A DNA stretch of 40,530 nucleotides. It comes from a virus (taxonomy: Duplodnaviria > Caudoviricetes). The stretch spans positions 1-40,530 of IMG/VR virus record IMGVR_UViG_3300012953_000069; one strand, given 5' to 3'. The notes under the pieces were generated by a model. The model saw only the letters and a program-made list of their open reading frames with translations. It was not told the origin of the DNA and searched no databases. The position numbers were made by a program, and so were the translations under genes. Below, in pieces: positions 1 through 8,812 of the stretch (its first letter is position 1; every line of letters starts with the position of its first letter).

Positions 1-69
1 AAGGAACCTGTGGAAAACCGTAAGATATTATGGGAGAGATATAAAAAAGGTTGGAATAAGAATAAATAA
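1..69 (+). CDS. 3' end of an upstream gene truncated by the window edge (KEPVENRKILWERYKKGWNKNK*)
   Basis: Frame 1 is open from base 1 to TAA at 67-69. The stop overlaps an ATAAATA motif, as at other gene junctions here. Confidence 0.45.
   Translation, partial: KEPVENRKILWERYKKGWNKNK
62..68 (+). promoter_or_regulatory. T4-like late promoter motif (ATAAATA)
   Basis: Matches the T4 gp55 late consensus TATAAATA core, about 25 nt upstream of the ATG at 93. Confidence 0.6.
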
Positions 70-92
70 CTCAGAACAAAACTTATACCATA

Positions 93-320
93 ATGGCATT
101 TACAAGGAATACTACTCAGAATGGAGGATTGCTTGGAACAATCGTCAAAACCAGTGATGGTAAATTTGATTGGTTTCTAAAAGAAAAGTTTACTGATGCA
201 ACCGTAGATTCTAAGACTGGTGGTCAAACAGGAACTCTAACTATTGCTGAAGGTGCAGGTGTAGCAGATTATGATACTGCAGCAGCAGATCTCAAAGCAG
301 CATTCACAGCAGCAGGATAA
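93..320 (+). CDS. small hypothetical protein (75 aa), paralog of 324..569
   Basis: ATG ORF behind a late-promoter motif. Aligns end to end by eye with the next ORF (MA[FY]xR...LL...DxK[FW]...D[ST]K...YDxAAA...AAG). Confidence 0.75.
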   Translation: MAFTRNTTQNGGLLGTIVKTSDGKFDWFLKEKFTDATVDSKTGGQTGTLTIAEGAGVADYDTAAADLKAAFTAAG

Positions 321-323
321 ACA

Positions 324-569
324 ATGGCATATCTTCGTGATAAAGACACTGGTGCAAATCAGTTGTTAATGAACATTCAATTACGGAATGATGATAAGTG
401 GTATGTTCAATTGTTTGAGTCATTTATTGAAGCAGAGATTGATACAAAACCATACTTGATGAATGGTAAAGTACGGTTGCATTCAACTGGACCGTATTCT
501 ACTTATGATAAAGCAGCTGCTGTGGCAAGAGAAGCAATTATCGCTGCGGGAGTTGACTCATTATGTTAG
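324..569 (+). CDS. small hypothetical protein (81 aa), paralog of 93..320
   Basis: ATG ORF 3 nt after the previous stop, with a shared motif pattern. Confidence 0.75.
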   Translation: MAYLRDKDTGANQLLMNIQLRNDDKWYVQLFESFIEAEIDTKPYLMNGKVRLHSTGPYSTYDKAAAVAREAIIAAGVDSLC

Positions 570-1323
570 CAGGTATATTCATATTTACGTCGCCTGAATA
601 GGTTAGAAAAGTATATCCCTCCATTCGCCTCTCAGAGAATTCTATCATAGGATCCTTTGAGAGGTGATTTCCTGGTATGTGATATCCCATTGGCACATTA
701 TTTCGTTTACATCCTTTCTTGAACTCTCCCAATGCTTGCAGGAATTGGGGGTTATCCCATTCTGCTGTACAACCGAGAGATGCTGAAAGATCAAACGGAC
801 CTATTAGTGCAGCATCTACATCGACACTTAGAATCTCATCGATGTTTTGTAAAGCTTCGACATGCTCTATCATTGGTATGAGTAACGGTTGTTGTCCTAA
901 CCCCTCTCGGTACTCATGGAATTGTATCCCATACCCGTTTCCTCTGTTGAACCCCATGCCCCGTGTGCCTCTGGGTGGGAGCGAGAAACTCTCTTTTATC
1001 TCAGCAAGTTGTGATTTACTTCTTATCTGAGGAACTATAATACCAGCAGCACCTTGTTCTAATGCTTCTACAGCACAATAGGAATCTGGTTTAGCAATAC
1101 GTGCTAGAGGTAATGTATTACCTAACTCTAATGCCCGAAATATATTTGGTAACTGGTTACGTGATATGTTACTATGTTCTAAGTCCACTCCAACAAAGTC
1201 AAATCCTCGTGATCCTAAGACCTCTGCAACCTCAGGACATGGTAGTTGCATCCACGACCCAATAACATAGTTACCCTCTACTAAATATTGTCGAATCTTT
1301 TGAACTGCTGCAAATTTATTCAT
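538..1323 (-). CDS. HpcH/HpaI family 2-keto-3-deoxy-sugar-acid aldolase (class II pyruvate aldolase)
   Basis: Motifs GFDFVGVDLEH, GAAGIIVP, PPRGTRG, PMIE..ALQNIDEIL, IGPFDLSASLG. Likely start is the ATG at 1323 (MNKFAAVQK); the ORF-track extension to 1437 overlaps the SGNH gene. Confidence 0.88.
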   Translation of the reverse strand: MNKFAAVQKIRQYLVEGNYVIGSWMQLPCPEVAEVLGSRGFDFVGVDLEHSNISRNQLPNIFRALELGNTLPLARIAKPDSYCAVEALEQGAAGIIVPQIRSKSQLAEIKESFSLPPRGTRGMGFNRGNGYGIQFHEYREGLGQQPLLIPMIEHVEALQNIDEILSVDVDAALIGPFDLSASLGCTAEWDNPQFLQALGEFKKGCKRNNVPMGYHIPGNHLSKDPMIEFSERRMEGYTFLTYSGDVNMNIPANIMSQLPQR

Positions 1324-2014
1324 GATTTTATTTACTGGTTGTAGTTGGACATTTGGTGGTGAGTTAGAAGGAGTAGAAAAAAATTGGGAATTTAGAAGAG
1401 ATAATAGGTTTTCTGCAAGTTTTCCACAATCTATCAATATATCAAAGTGTGGTATATCGAATGAAAGAATAGTAAGTAATACAATTGACTACTTAGAGAA
1501 GAATACTAAACCAGATTTTGTGGTGGTGCAGTTTACTATATTGGACAGATACTCTGTAGTAAACCCTCATTCTGGATATGGTGCTGATTGGTTGAGTCTA
1601 CAAGCATATCAAACCGACCCTAGTAGGAGACATACTCCAGAATTTGTATTAGCAAAGACTTTTTTAAAGAATTTTCATAATCCTGAGTATGCACAAAATG
1701 AATTTTGGAGAAATGTATGTCTATTAGAGAACTATTTGGACAATAAAGACATACCTTACTACATGATGAGAATAGATATGGATCAATTTGTTAGACCAGA
1801 ATTACCAAATGTTTATAAAAATGCATGTAAGAACAAAAATATGTTCAAATTATGCGAAAATCTAATTGGTCATGTAAGAAAAACGACTCTTCCACCCAAT
1901 CCTAACTACTGTCCCAACCTAAGTCACATAGATTGCAACTACGGTGGTGGTCATCCAAGTGCAAAAGGACACAAATTAATTGCAGATCATCTCCAAGGCA
2001 TAGTACCAAAGTAA
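1322..2014 (+). CDS. SGNH/GDSL-fold hydrolase or acyltransferase-like protein, paralog 1
   Basis: N-terminal FTGCSWTFG (block I nucleophile Ser), GISN..I (block II) and C-terminal GGHPSAKGHKLIA (block V His). Confidence 0.8.
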   Translation: MILFTGCSWTFGGELEGVEKNWEFRRDNRFSASFPQSINISKCGISNERIVSNTIDYLEKNTKPDFVVVQFTILDRYSVVNPHSGYGADWLSLQAYQTDPSRRHTPEFVLAKTFLKNFHNPEYAQNEFWRNVCLLENYLDNKDIPYYMMRIDMDQFVRPELPNVYKNACKNKNMFKLCENLIGHVRKTTLPPNPNYCPNLSHIDCNYGGGHPSAKGHKLIADHLQGIVPK

Positions 2015-2898
2015 TTATACCACTCATCGTAGTACTTTGCAAGGTATTTTCGACCAAATTCAAGGTCTTCTTCAGTCAAGTCTTCCAAATCTGACGACCA
2101 TTGGTCTCTTGTGTACTCATGACGAGGTGCTTTTGTTCCCATTTCTGGAAAATATGCATTTGGCCACAATTTTTCAAATTTGAAATCTAAAAATTTCTCT
2201 AAGTTTTCTTGACAATTATTTTTTCCACCCCATAAATCCTCAGAAACGATACTTATGGTACTAAAATGCTCGTTAAATGATTTAAAACTGCCAACATAGT
2301 CAGAATTTGGAGTAATTTCTCCTTTTTTAAGATAACTTTTCCAATATTCTTTTGAAGTACTATAACTATTTTGCAATTCTTTGGAATCTTGATATCTTTG
2401 AGATATTTCTGAGTATAATCTTCTTGTTGGATCCCTAAAAATCTTCAAAACCTTGATATCAAAGTGTTTTTTAAGTACTGGAGCAATTTTTGCAATAAAA
2501 CTCCTTGGTAAATTAGCATTACTATTGGAAAAATCGTGAACATACTTGAATTTGTGCTTCACACGTTCATAATGACGCTTATAATACTTAATGTATATCT
2601 GTAAATTCGGACTTCTAGTGTAAAATTCTTCAATTTCTTCTAAATTATTGTGATAACCATATTTTGACTGATATCCATATGGATGTGACCATTTTGGAGT
2701 CATCGAATCGCCAACAAGACGTTTATACCAAGGTTCTCTCCATTGCCATACGCTAGGGTCATAAATATTCATCAGGAAATGGGGTTCTTTCATTAACCCT
2801 TGATGACTACATTTATTTGCACATGATAGTGTAAGATGAAGTGGAGTAGTCGCACACCAACCATGTCCTGCCCCTATTATAAATGGAATCTTAGTCAT
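1987..2898 (-). CDS. sulfotransferase-fold (P-loop-like) protein, paralog 1
   Basis: IIGAGHGWCATTPL loop, KEPHF, DFSN, FRDPTRRLYS (3'-phosphate-binding motif) and the family C-terminal YFPEMGTKAP...DQW. Confidence 0.75.
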   Translation of the reverse strand: MTKIPFIIGAGHGWCATTPLHLTLSCANKCSHQGLMKEPHFLMNIYDPSVWQWREPWYKRLVGDSMTPKWSHPYGYQSKYGYHNNLEEIEEFYTRSPNLQIYIKYYKRHYERVKHKFKYVHDFSNSNANLPRSFIAKIAPVLKKHFDIKVLKIFRDPTRRLYSEISQRYQDSKELQNSYSTSKEYWKSYLKKGEITPNSDYVGSFKSFNEHFSTISIVSEDLWGGKNNCQENLEKFLDFKFEKLWPNAYFPEMGTKAPRHEYTRDQWSSDLEDLTEEDLEFGRKYLAKYYDEWYNYFGTMPWR

Positions 2899-3601
2899 GA
2901 AAATATTATTCAGTGGGGATAGTTTTACCTACGGTGACGAATTGTCAAATAGAGAAAAAGATCGTTTCTCTAGACTAGTTAGCGATCATTTCCATGCAGA
3001 AGAAATAAACCTTGGAACAAACGGTTCTTCAAACGATAAAATTGTTCGTAATGTATTTGAACATCTTTCATTATGGGATGTAGATGCTGTAGTTATACAA
3101 TTTTCAGAAATAAAAAGATTTGATGTTTATCAGCATAATGATCCTGCCATTTTAATAAAGAACGCTGTAGATCCTCTCTATAATGAAGGATGGGTTAGTA
3201 TTGCACCTGCAAATATAGGTGGAGAGTTCGGAGAGGTAGATCATTTTAGAAAATCTAGAGCAATACCTTATTATAAACACATTCAGGACAATGTAACTGA
3301 TCAACAACGGTATTTTCAACAAATATTATTATTACAACTGTATTTGAAACAAAAAAATATACCTTATGTTATGTTACACTTAGAAAGTTTTAAATATAAA
3401 CATCATAAAGTTCATAGACCAAATTACTATATGAATCAATGTGAGGAGTTTGAAAGTATCATACCAAATATTATAGGAGAACATTTTGGTGAATACTTCT
3501 GTCCTGATCTTAGAAAGAAGGGACATCCTGAAAAACACGGTACACACCCCAATATCAAAGGTCATCGTTTGATAGCAGATCACATCATAGGTAAATTATG
3601 A
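2897..3601 (+). CDS. SGNH/GDSL-fold protein, paralog 2
   Basis: FSGDSFTYG, NLGTNGSSNDKI and THPNIKGHRLIA. Confidence 0.82.
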   Translation: MKILFSGDSFTYGDELSNREKDRFSRLVSDHFHAEEINLGTNGSSNDKIVRNVFEHLSLWDVDAVVIQFSEIKRFDVYQHNDPAILIKNAVDPLYNEGWVSIAPANIGGEFGEVDHFRKSRAIPYYKHIQDNVTDQQRYFQQILLLQLYLKQKNIPYVMLHLESFKYKHHKVHRPNYYMNQCEEFESIIPNIIGEHFGEYFCPDLRKKGHPEKHGTHPNIKGHRLIADHIIGKL

Positions 3602-4650
3602 AACTGACTCATAAACCTAGAATACCAGTTTCGTTACCACCTAAGAAACCAGTTTTACTGATGAACCTTGGGACTGGGTGGTCAGCAACTACTCCGTTCT
3701 TATATACTCTTACAATAGATCAAAGATATTGTCATCCTGGTCATATTAAGGAAAATCATTACCTTTACACCATATTTGAAAAAAATATATTGAATGAGAC
3801 CACTATAAGAGATTTTATTCTAAGGACATCTGCAAATGAATCCCATTGGCTCTTTAGGGGGTGGCAAAAAGAATTATTTGAATATAATTATCATTTTATG
3901 GATGATCCTGACTATGTTAAAAACTGGTATCAAGATGTAAGTATTGAAAAGTATATTGATTATTATCTAAAACATTGGGAAATTGTAAAAAATGATTTTC
4001 ATGCTGTAGCAGATTTCTCAAATCATAATTGGTCGTTACCTTATTGGGAAAATGGTAAAGAGATGATAGACAAGATAAAGGAAGTATTTGATCTGAAGGT
4101 AACAGTGCAATTTAGAGATCCAATTAGAAGATTGTACTCTGAACTAGGAACTTGTTTTATTGATGAACGAACTCCGTATTTGGAGCGTACTGCAACAGAT
4201 AAAAAAATGAGAGAGGGTGAATATTTTCTAAAAAATAAGATGCATAATGAGTTTTTCAAATATTGTCTTACTGATATGGCTCATAAGAGTGCAAATTGTC
4301 AATATGTGGATTTGTATAATAAATGGGAATGGTTAGTTGGTCCAAAAAATATATTATATATTGTTATGGAAGAATTTTGGGATCCTGCTTTACGAAAACA
4401 ACAATGTGAGAGATTATCTAACTTTTTAGATTCTCCAATTCAAAAAGTTCACGAGAATGTTTATTTTCCTGATAAAGGTGCAGATGCTCCTCATTATGAA
4501 GGACTTATAGATCAATGGACTTCAGATAAAGAGACAATTACTGAAGAAACTATAAAATATGCTATGAAATATTTCTTTCCCAAGTATAATCAATGGAAGT
4601 TCAGATTTGGAGAAATACCTGAGGCATGGAACAAACGAAACAAACTATGA
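3598..4650 (+). CDS. sulfotransferase-fold protein, paralog 2
   Basis: NLGTGWSATTP, KENHY, DFSN, FRDPIRRLYS and HENVYFPDKG.AP...DQW. ATGA overlap with the upstream gene. Confidence 0.75.
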   Translation: MKLTHKPRIPVSLPPKKPVLLMNLGTGWSATTPFLYTLTIDQRYCHPGHIKENHYLYTIFEKNILNETTIRDFILRTSANESHWLFRGWQKELFEYNYHFMDDPDYVKNWYQDVSIEKYIDYYLKHWEIVKNDFHAVADFSNHNWSLPYWENGKEMIDKIKEVFDLKVTVQFRDPIRRLYSELGTCFIDERTPYLERTATDKKMREGEYFLKNKMHNEFFKYCLTDMAHKSANCQYVDLYNKWEWLVGPKNILYIVMEEFWDPALRKQQCERLSNFLDSPIQKVHENVYFPDKGADAPHYEGLIDQWTSDKETITEETIKYAMKYFFPKYNQWKFRFGEIPEAWNKRNKL

Positions 4651-5243
4651 AAATTGATTTTATTACAGAACCTTGGGAACATATAATTATTGACGATTTT
4701 CTGTCACCAGAAAGATTTGAGCATATCCAAGATCTTGCAATTCAAGAATTAGGAAGGTTTCAAGTAGAAGGACCAAATACTTTCAGACGTGACAAATATG
4801 TGAGATATACTAAAGAAGACTTACTTCCTGAGGTAACAATGGATATTATGAAACTATTACCTCATAGAGAGTATGATGATCTGGTAAAGTTGAATCATTG
4901 GGCTATTATGCCACCTAATGCAGATTATCCTACTCATATAGACAATGCATCAAGAATACATACCTTTACGTTTTACGTAGCACCAGAAAAAAATTTAGGA
5001 ACCATATTGTGTGATAATCCAAGTACTAACGATAATGGTGATCATGGACAACCTGATAAATCTACAATTTGTGAGTATCCAATAGAATGGAAACCTAATA
5101 GAGCATTTGTACATAATCCAAGACCTAAACAATGGCATAGGTATAGGTCTGGGGATACTCATAGAATAAATTTATCCGTATTTTATGCAGATCCAACTAA
5201 GATAAGGTCTCATAGGCAAGATTTTGACTACTTTATTGATTAG
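4647..5243 (+). CDS. 2OG-Fe(II) oxygenase superfamily protein
   Basis: PWEHIIIDDFL N-terminus, HxD (THIDN), GT.L, WKPNRAF, distal His (WH) and R (HRINL). The ATG at 4647 gives an ATGA overlap with the upstream stop. Confidence 0.8.
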   Translation: MKIDFITEPWEHIIIDDFLSPERFEHIQDLAIQELGRFQVEGPNTFRRDKYVRYTKEDLLPEVTMDIMKLLPHREYDDLVKLNHWAIMPPNADYPTHIDNASRIHTFTFYVAPEKNLGTILCDNPSTNDNGDHGQPDKSTICEYPIEWKPNRAFVHNPRPKQWHRYRSGDTHRINLSVFYADPTKIRSHRQDFDYFID

Positions 5244-6051
5244 TGCTGGTACAGCGTTTTCTGCTACCTCACCTCTACATTATACTTTAGGTTTAGATAA
5301 CAAATATACTCACACTGGGTTATGTAAGGAGAACTATTATCTCTATTCTCTACAGGAAGGTGTTGATATAACATTTGGTCGAGATACGTCAAATAGCAAA
5401 CCTCCAGAAATGACCATTACACATGGTTGTGAGGAATTGTTTGGTAAAAAGTCAATTGATGGGTATATTAGATATTATCAACGTTTGTGGGAGCATATAA
5501 AGTCCGATTACCAAGCAGTTGCTGATTTCTCTAATCAAAATGCTTGTTTAAGTGAAAAATTTATGCAATCTATAAAACCAAGGTTACTTGAACACTTTGA
5601 TGTTAAGGTAATCATGATTTTTAGAGATCCTATTCGTAGATTATGGTCAGTTTGTAATAAAGGTAATATTAGAGAGTTCCGTAGATGGGTTAGTGGTGAA
5701 TTAGAACCAAACGCCATGTATGCTGACATTTATAAAAGACATAGAAATGTTTGGGGTGAAGAAAACGTTCATATGATAGTAATGGAAGAATTGTGGGACG
5801 GAAAGACGCAATCACTTTCAGATTTTTTAGATTTTCCTATAAACACAGTTCATGAAAATGTTTACTATCCAGAAAAAGGAACTAAAGCACCACATTACGA
5901 ATATTTGAAGGATCAATGGATATCTGACAGACGTAATTTAGATTTAAAGACATGGGCATATGCTATGAACAATATGGGTTGGGTATATAAAGATTTTAAG
6001 GATACTTTTGGATACATACCTGATAAGTGGGGTGAATGGTATGAAACCTAA
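5224..6051 (+). CDS. sulfotransferase-fold protein, paralog 3
   Basis: SAGTAFSATSPL, KENYY, DFSN, FRDPIRRLWS and HENVYYPEKGTKAP...DQW. TTG start. Confidence 0.75.
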   Translation: MTTLLISAGTAFSATSPLHYTLGLDNKYTHTGLCKENYYLYSLQEGVDITFGRDTSNSKPPEMTITHGCEELFGKKSIDGYIRYYQRLWEHIKSDYQAVADFSNQNACLSEKFMQSIKPRLLEHFDVKVIMIFRDPIRRLWSVCNKGNIREFRRWVSGELEPNAMYADIYKRHRNVWGEENVHMIVMEELWDGKTQSLSDFLDFPINTVHENVYYPEKGTKAPHYEYLKDQWISDRRNLDLKTWAYAMNNMGWVYKDFKDTFGYIPDKWGEWYET

Positions 6052-7006
6052 GTTATTATTGAATGCTGGTACAAATTTTTCAGCAACAACACCATTATGG
6101 TATACTTTAGGATTGAATAATCATTATGCTCATACTGGACACGCAAAGGAGCACAATTATCTGTATCATATGATGATTGATGCGAAAAGGTCTATTAATA
6201 CACCTAGTCAACTCAATTCATCTGTTAGATTGACTCAAAAGTGGGAACAAACTGATTTGATAAAAAAAACCAAGAAGAAGGAGAAAAAGAGGGATGGAAA
6301 AGATGGATTTATGCATGTTTATCCTGAGATGACTAAAAGGTCACCTTTCATAGAAGGTAAGTGGACATTAGAAGAAAGAAGAGATTTTTTTGATAATCCA
6401 GAACTTAGTATTGACAAATATATCAAATATTACCTAAAACATTGGGAAAACTTCAAATGTGAATATCAATCAGTTGCAGACTTCTCTAATACTAATGCTT
6501 GCTTGTCTGTAGAGTTTATGGAAAGGATAAAACCTAAGTTATTAGAATATTTTGATATAAAAGTAACAATGATCTTTAGAGATCCTATTCGTAGGTTATT
6601 TTCAGCGTGTAATAGAGTTCATTCTAAATCTGGTGGAATTATGGAAGGATTTAGAAGTTGGGTCTTATTTGACAGTATGGAAGAGAACGTTTACTACTCA
6701 GACATCTATAATAGGCATTGTCAGGTATGGGGTAAAGAAAATGTAATGCCTATTATAATGGAGGAGTTCTCTACAGACAAATTATCTGATTTTTTAGGTT
6801 ATAGTCTAGTTACTGCTCATCAGAATTGTTATTATCCTGAAATGGGTTCTAATGCACCAAAATATCCTGGATTGTCAGATCAATACACTTCAGATAAGAT
6901 AGATTTGTATAAAGAGACTTATGAGTTTGCTTTAGAACATATGGAGAACATTTATAAATCATTTGAAGACACTTTTGGTTATATACCCGAAACATGGAAA
7001 AAATAA
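6041..7006 (+). CDS. sulfotransferase-fold protein, paralog 4
   Basis: Likely ATG at 6041 (MKPKLLLNAGTNFSATTPL), then KEHNY, DFSN, FRDPIRRLFS and YYPEMGSNAP. Confidence 0.75.
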   Translation: MKPKLLLNAGTNFSATTPLWYTLGLNNHYAHTGHAKEHNYLYHMMIDAKRSINTPSQLNSSVRLTQKWEQTDLIKKTKKKEKKRDGKDGFMHVYPEMTKRSPFIEGKWTLEERRDFFDNPELSIDKYIKYYLKHWENFKCEYQSVADFSNTNACLSVEFMERIKPKLLEYFDIKVTMIFRDPIRRLFSACNRVHSKSGGIMEGFRSWVLFDSMEENVYYSDIYNRHCQVWGKENVMPIIMEEFSTDKLSDFLGYSLVTAHQNCYYPEMGSNAPKYPGLSDQYTSDKIDLYKETYEFALEHMENIYKSFEDTFGYIPETWKK

Positions 7007-7911
7007 AACTTTTACTAGGTGCTGGAGTTCCTTACGCTGCTACAACACCACTTTGGTTTACTTTGGCTTTGGACAATAAGTATTGTCATACTGGACATAG
7101 AAAAGAACCCCAATGGTTAGATATTATTCAAAAACAAGAAGAACAAAAATATATCTCCCCAGAAAAATATGAGCAAGGATACAGATTTGTAGACAGAAGT
7201 CGAGGGTTTACAAAAACTCCTAATGTTTATTATAGGTCTAGACACAAAAAACCTTGGTGGATAATGAGAACGGCATTTAGTAGAGAAGAAGAAGATTATT
7301 TCTTTACTTTACCAACATCTATTGACAAATATATTGAATATTATACGGAGCATTGGAAATGGATAAAAGGTGAATATCAATCTGTTGCTGATTTTTCAAA
7401 TAGCACTTGTAGACTAAAAAAACAGTTTATGTTAGATATTCGTGAAAAACTGTTAGAAGTTTTTGATGTAAAAGTAATTATGATCTTCAGAGATCCAATT
7501 CAGAGATTATGGTCTATGGCAAAATGCGATTATAAAAATCTCAAAAGTTTTGAAAAAACATGGACATATCATCGTGGTAGTGTCACACCTACGGGTTGGT
7601 CTAATTATAGTAAGATGTATACCAATCATTCTGAGGTTTGGGGTAAAGAAAACGTATTACCTCTTATAATGGAAAAGGCATGGAAAGATCCTTCAGACCT
7701 ATCAAATTTTTTAGGATACAAGATTGAAAAGATGCATGAAAACGTTTATTACCCAGAAAGAGGAACTAAAGCTCCAAAACTTCGATTTTTACCAGATCAA
7801 TGGACACATGAAGCTGCTGATATAGATTATCCTAAACTAAGAAAAGAATTTGATTGGTTATACGTAGATTTTGAAAAAACCTTCGGATATCTGCCTGAGG
7901 AATGGCAATAA
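6994..7911 (+). CDS. sulfotransferase-fold protein, paralog 5
   Basis: GAGVPYAATTPL, KEPQW, DFSN, FRDPIQRLWS and HENVYYPERGTKAP. Confidence 0.75.
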   Translation: MEKIKLLLGAGVPYAATTPLWFTLALDNKYCHTGHRKEPQWLDIIQKQEEQKYISPEKYEQGYRFVDRSRGFTKTPNVYYRSRHKKPWWIMRTAFSREEEDYFFTLPTSIDKYIEYYTEHWKWIKGEYQSVADFSNSTCRLKKQFMLDIREKLLEVFDVKVIMIFRDPIQRLWSMAKCDYKNLKSFEKTWTYHRGSVTPTGWSNYSKMYTNHSEVWGKENVLPLIMEKAWKDPSDLSNFLGYKIEKMHENVYYPERGTKAPKLRFLPDQWTHEAADIDYPKLRKEFDWLYVDFEKTFGYLPEEWQ

Positions 7912-7914
7912 ATA
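7908..7914 (+). promoter_or_regulatory. possible late promoter motif (ATAAATA)
   Basis: Overlaps the stop of paralog 5 and lies only 4 nt before the ATG at 7919. Confidence 0.4.
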
Positions 7915-7918
7915 AAAA

Positions 7919-8812
7919 ATGGAAAAAATAAAACTTTTACTAGGTGCTGGAGTTCCTTATTCGGCTACAACACCACTTTGGTATACATTGACTTGGGATC
8001 ATAAGTATTGTCATACTGGACATAAAAAAGAACCTCAATGGTTAGACATTATCCAAAAACAACAAGAACAAAAGTATAATCTGAGGTATGATCGAGGAAT
8101 TAGATTTAAAGATAGAAGATCTAAGTTTACACGAATTCCTTATTTTTATCTTGGACACAAAAAACCTTGGTGGATACAAAGAACTAAATTTAATAGGCAA
8201 GAAGAAGATTCTTATTTCTCTTTACCAACTACTCTTGAGCAATATATTGATTATTATAAAAAACATTGGAACGATGTAAAATATGAGTTTCAATCTGTTG
8301 GCGATTTTTCTAATAGTACTTGTGCTCTAAAAAAACAGTTTATGTTAGATATTCGTGATCAATTGCTAGAAGTTTTTGATATAAAGGTAATTTTGATTTT
8401 TAGAAACCCAGTTTATCGATTATGGTCTGCCTCAAAATGCAATTATGAAAAAATATTAAGTCCAAATGGAAAAGTTGATAATTGGAATCATTATGCTAAA
8501 ATGTATACTAAACATTGTGAGGTTTGGGGTAAGGAGAATGTATTACCTCTTATAATGGAGAGAGTGTGGAAGGATCCTAGCGAATTGTCAGATTTTTTGG
8601 GATACAAGATTGAAAAGATGCATGAAAACGTTTATTACCCAGAAAGAGGAACTAAATGCCCAACACCTCAATTTTTACAAGATCAATGGGCAGGTGATGC
8701 TAGTGAATTGGCAAAAGAGATAGATTATGAAAGTATGAGGGAAGAATTTGATTGGTTATACGTAGATTTTGAAAAAACCTTCGGATATCTGCCAGAAGAA
8801 TGGTCACCATGA
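7919..8812 (+). CDS. sulfotransferase-fold protein, paralog 6 (recent duplicate of paralog 5)
   Basis: GAGVPYSATTPL, KEPQW and FRNPVYRLWS. Shares nucleotide-identical blocks with 6994..7911. Confidence 0.75.
   Translation: MEKIKLLLGAGVPYSATTPLWYTLTWDHKYCHTGHKKEPQWLDIIQKQQEQKYNLRYDRGIRFKDRRSKFTRIPYFYLGHKKPWWIQRTKFNRQEEDSYFSLPTTLEQYIDYYKKHWNDVKYEFQSVGDFSNSTCALKKQFMLDIRDQLLEVFDIKVILIFRNPVYRLWSASKCNYEKILSPNGKVDNWNHYAKMYTKHCEVWGKENVLPLIMERVWKDPSELSDFLGYKIEKMHENVYYPERGTKCPTPQFLQDQWAGDASELAKEIDYESMREEFDWLYVDFEKTFGYLPEEWSP

Larger units (their letters stand above)
6994..8793 (+). repeat. direct repeats between paralogs 5 and 6: 41 bp (6994-7034 = 7919-7959), 57 bp (7714-7770 = 8600-8656), 52 bp (7844-7895 = 8742-8793)
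   Basis: Read directly from the sequence; identity includes synonymous positions. Confidence 0.9.

Noticed and set aside
1324-1437. N-terminal extension of the aldolase ORF in the track
   Set aside because: It is antisense to the conserved SGNH N-terminus, and aldolase similarity starts after the ATG at 1323.
1987-2900. Possible invertible segment: flipping between TCAT (1987-1990) and ATGA (2897-2900) would make the gene co-directional with an ATGA overlap to SGNH2
   Set aside because: Only a 4-bp inverted repeat, largely dictated by the start and stop codons. No recombinase is in the window, the other two minus-strand genes lack equivalent ends, and the flip would truncate the SGNH1 C-terminal helix.
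6994-8812. Diversity-generating retroelement template/variable repeat, or CRISPR-like repeats
   Set aside because: No reverse transcriptase or cas gene is present, both copies are full coding genes, differences are not confined to adenines, and there is no regular repeat-spacer period.
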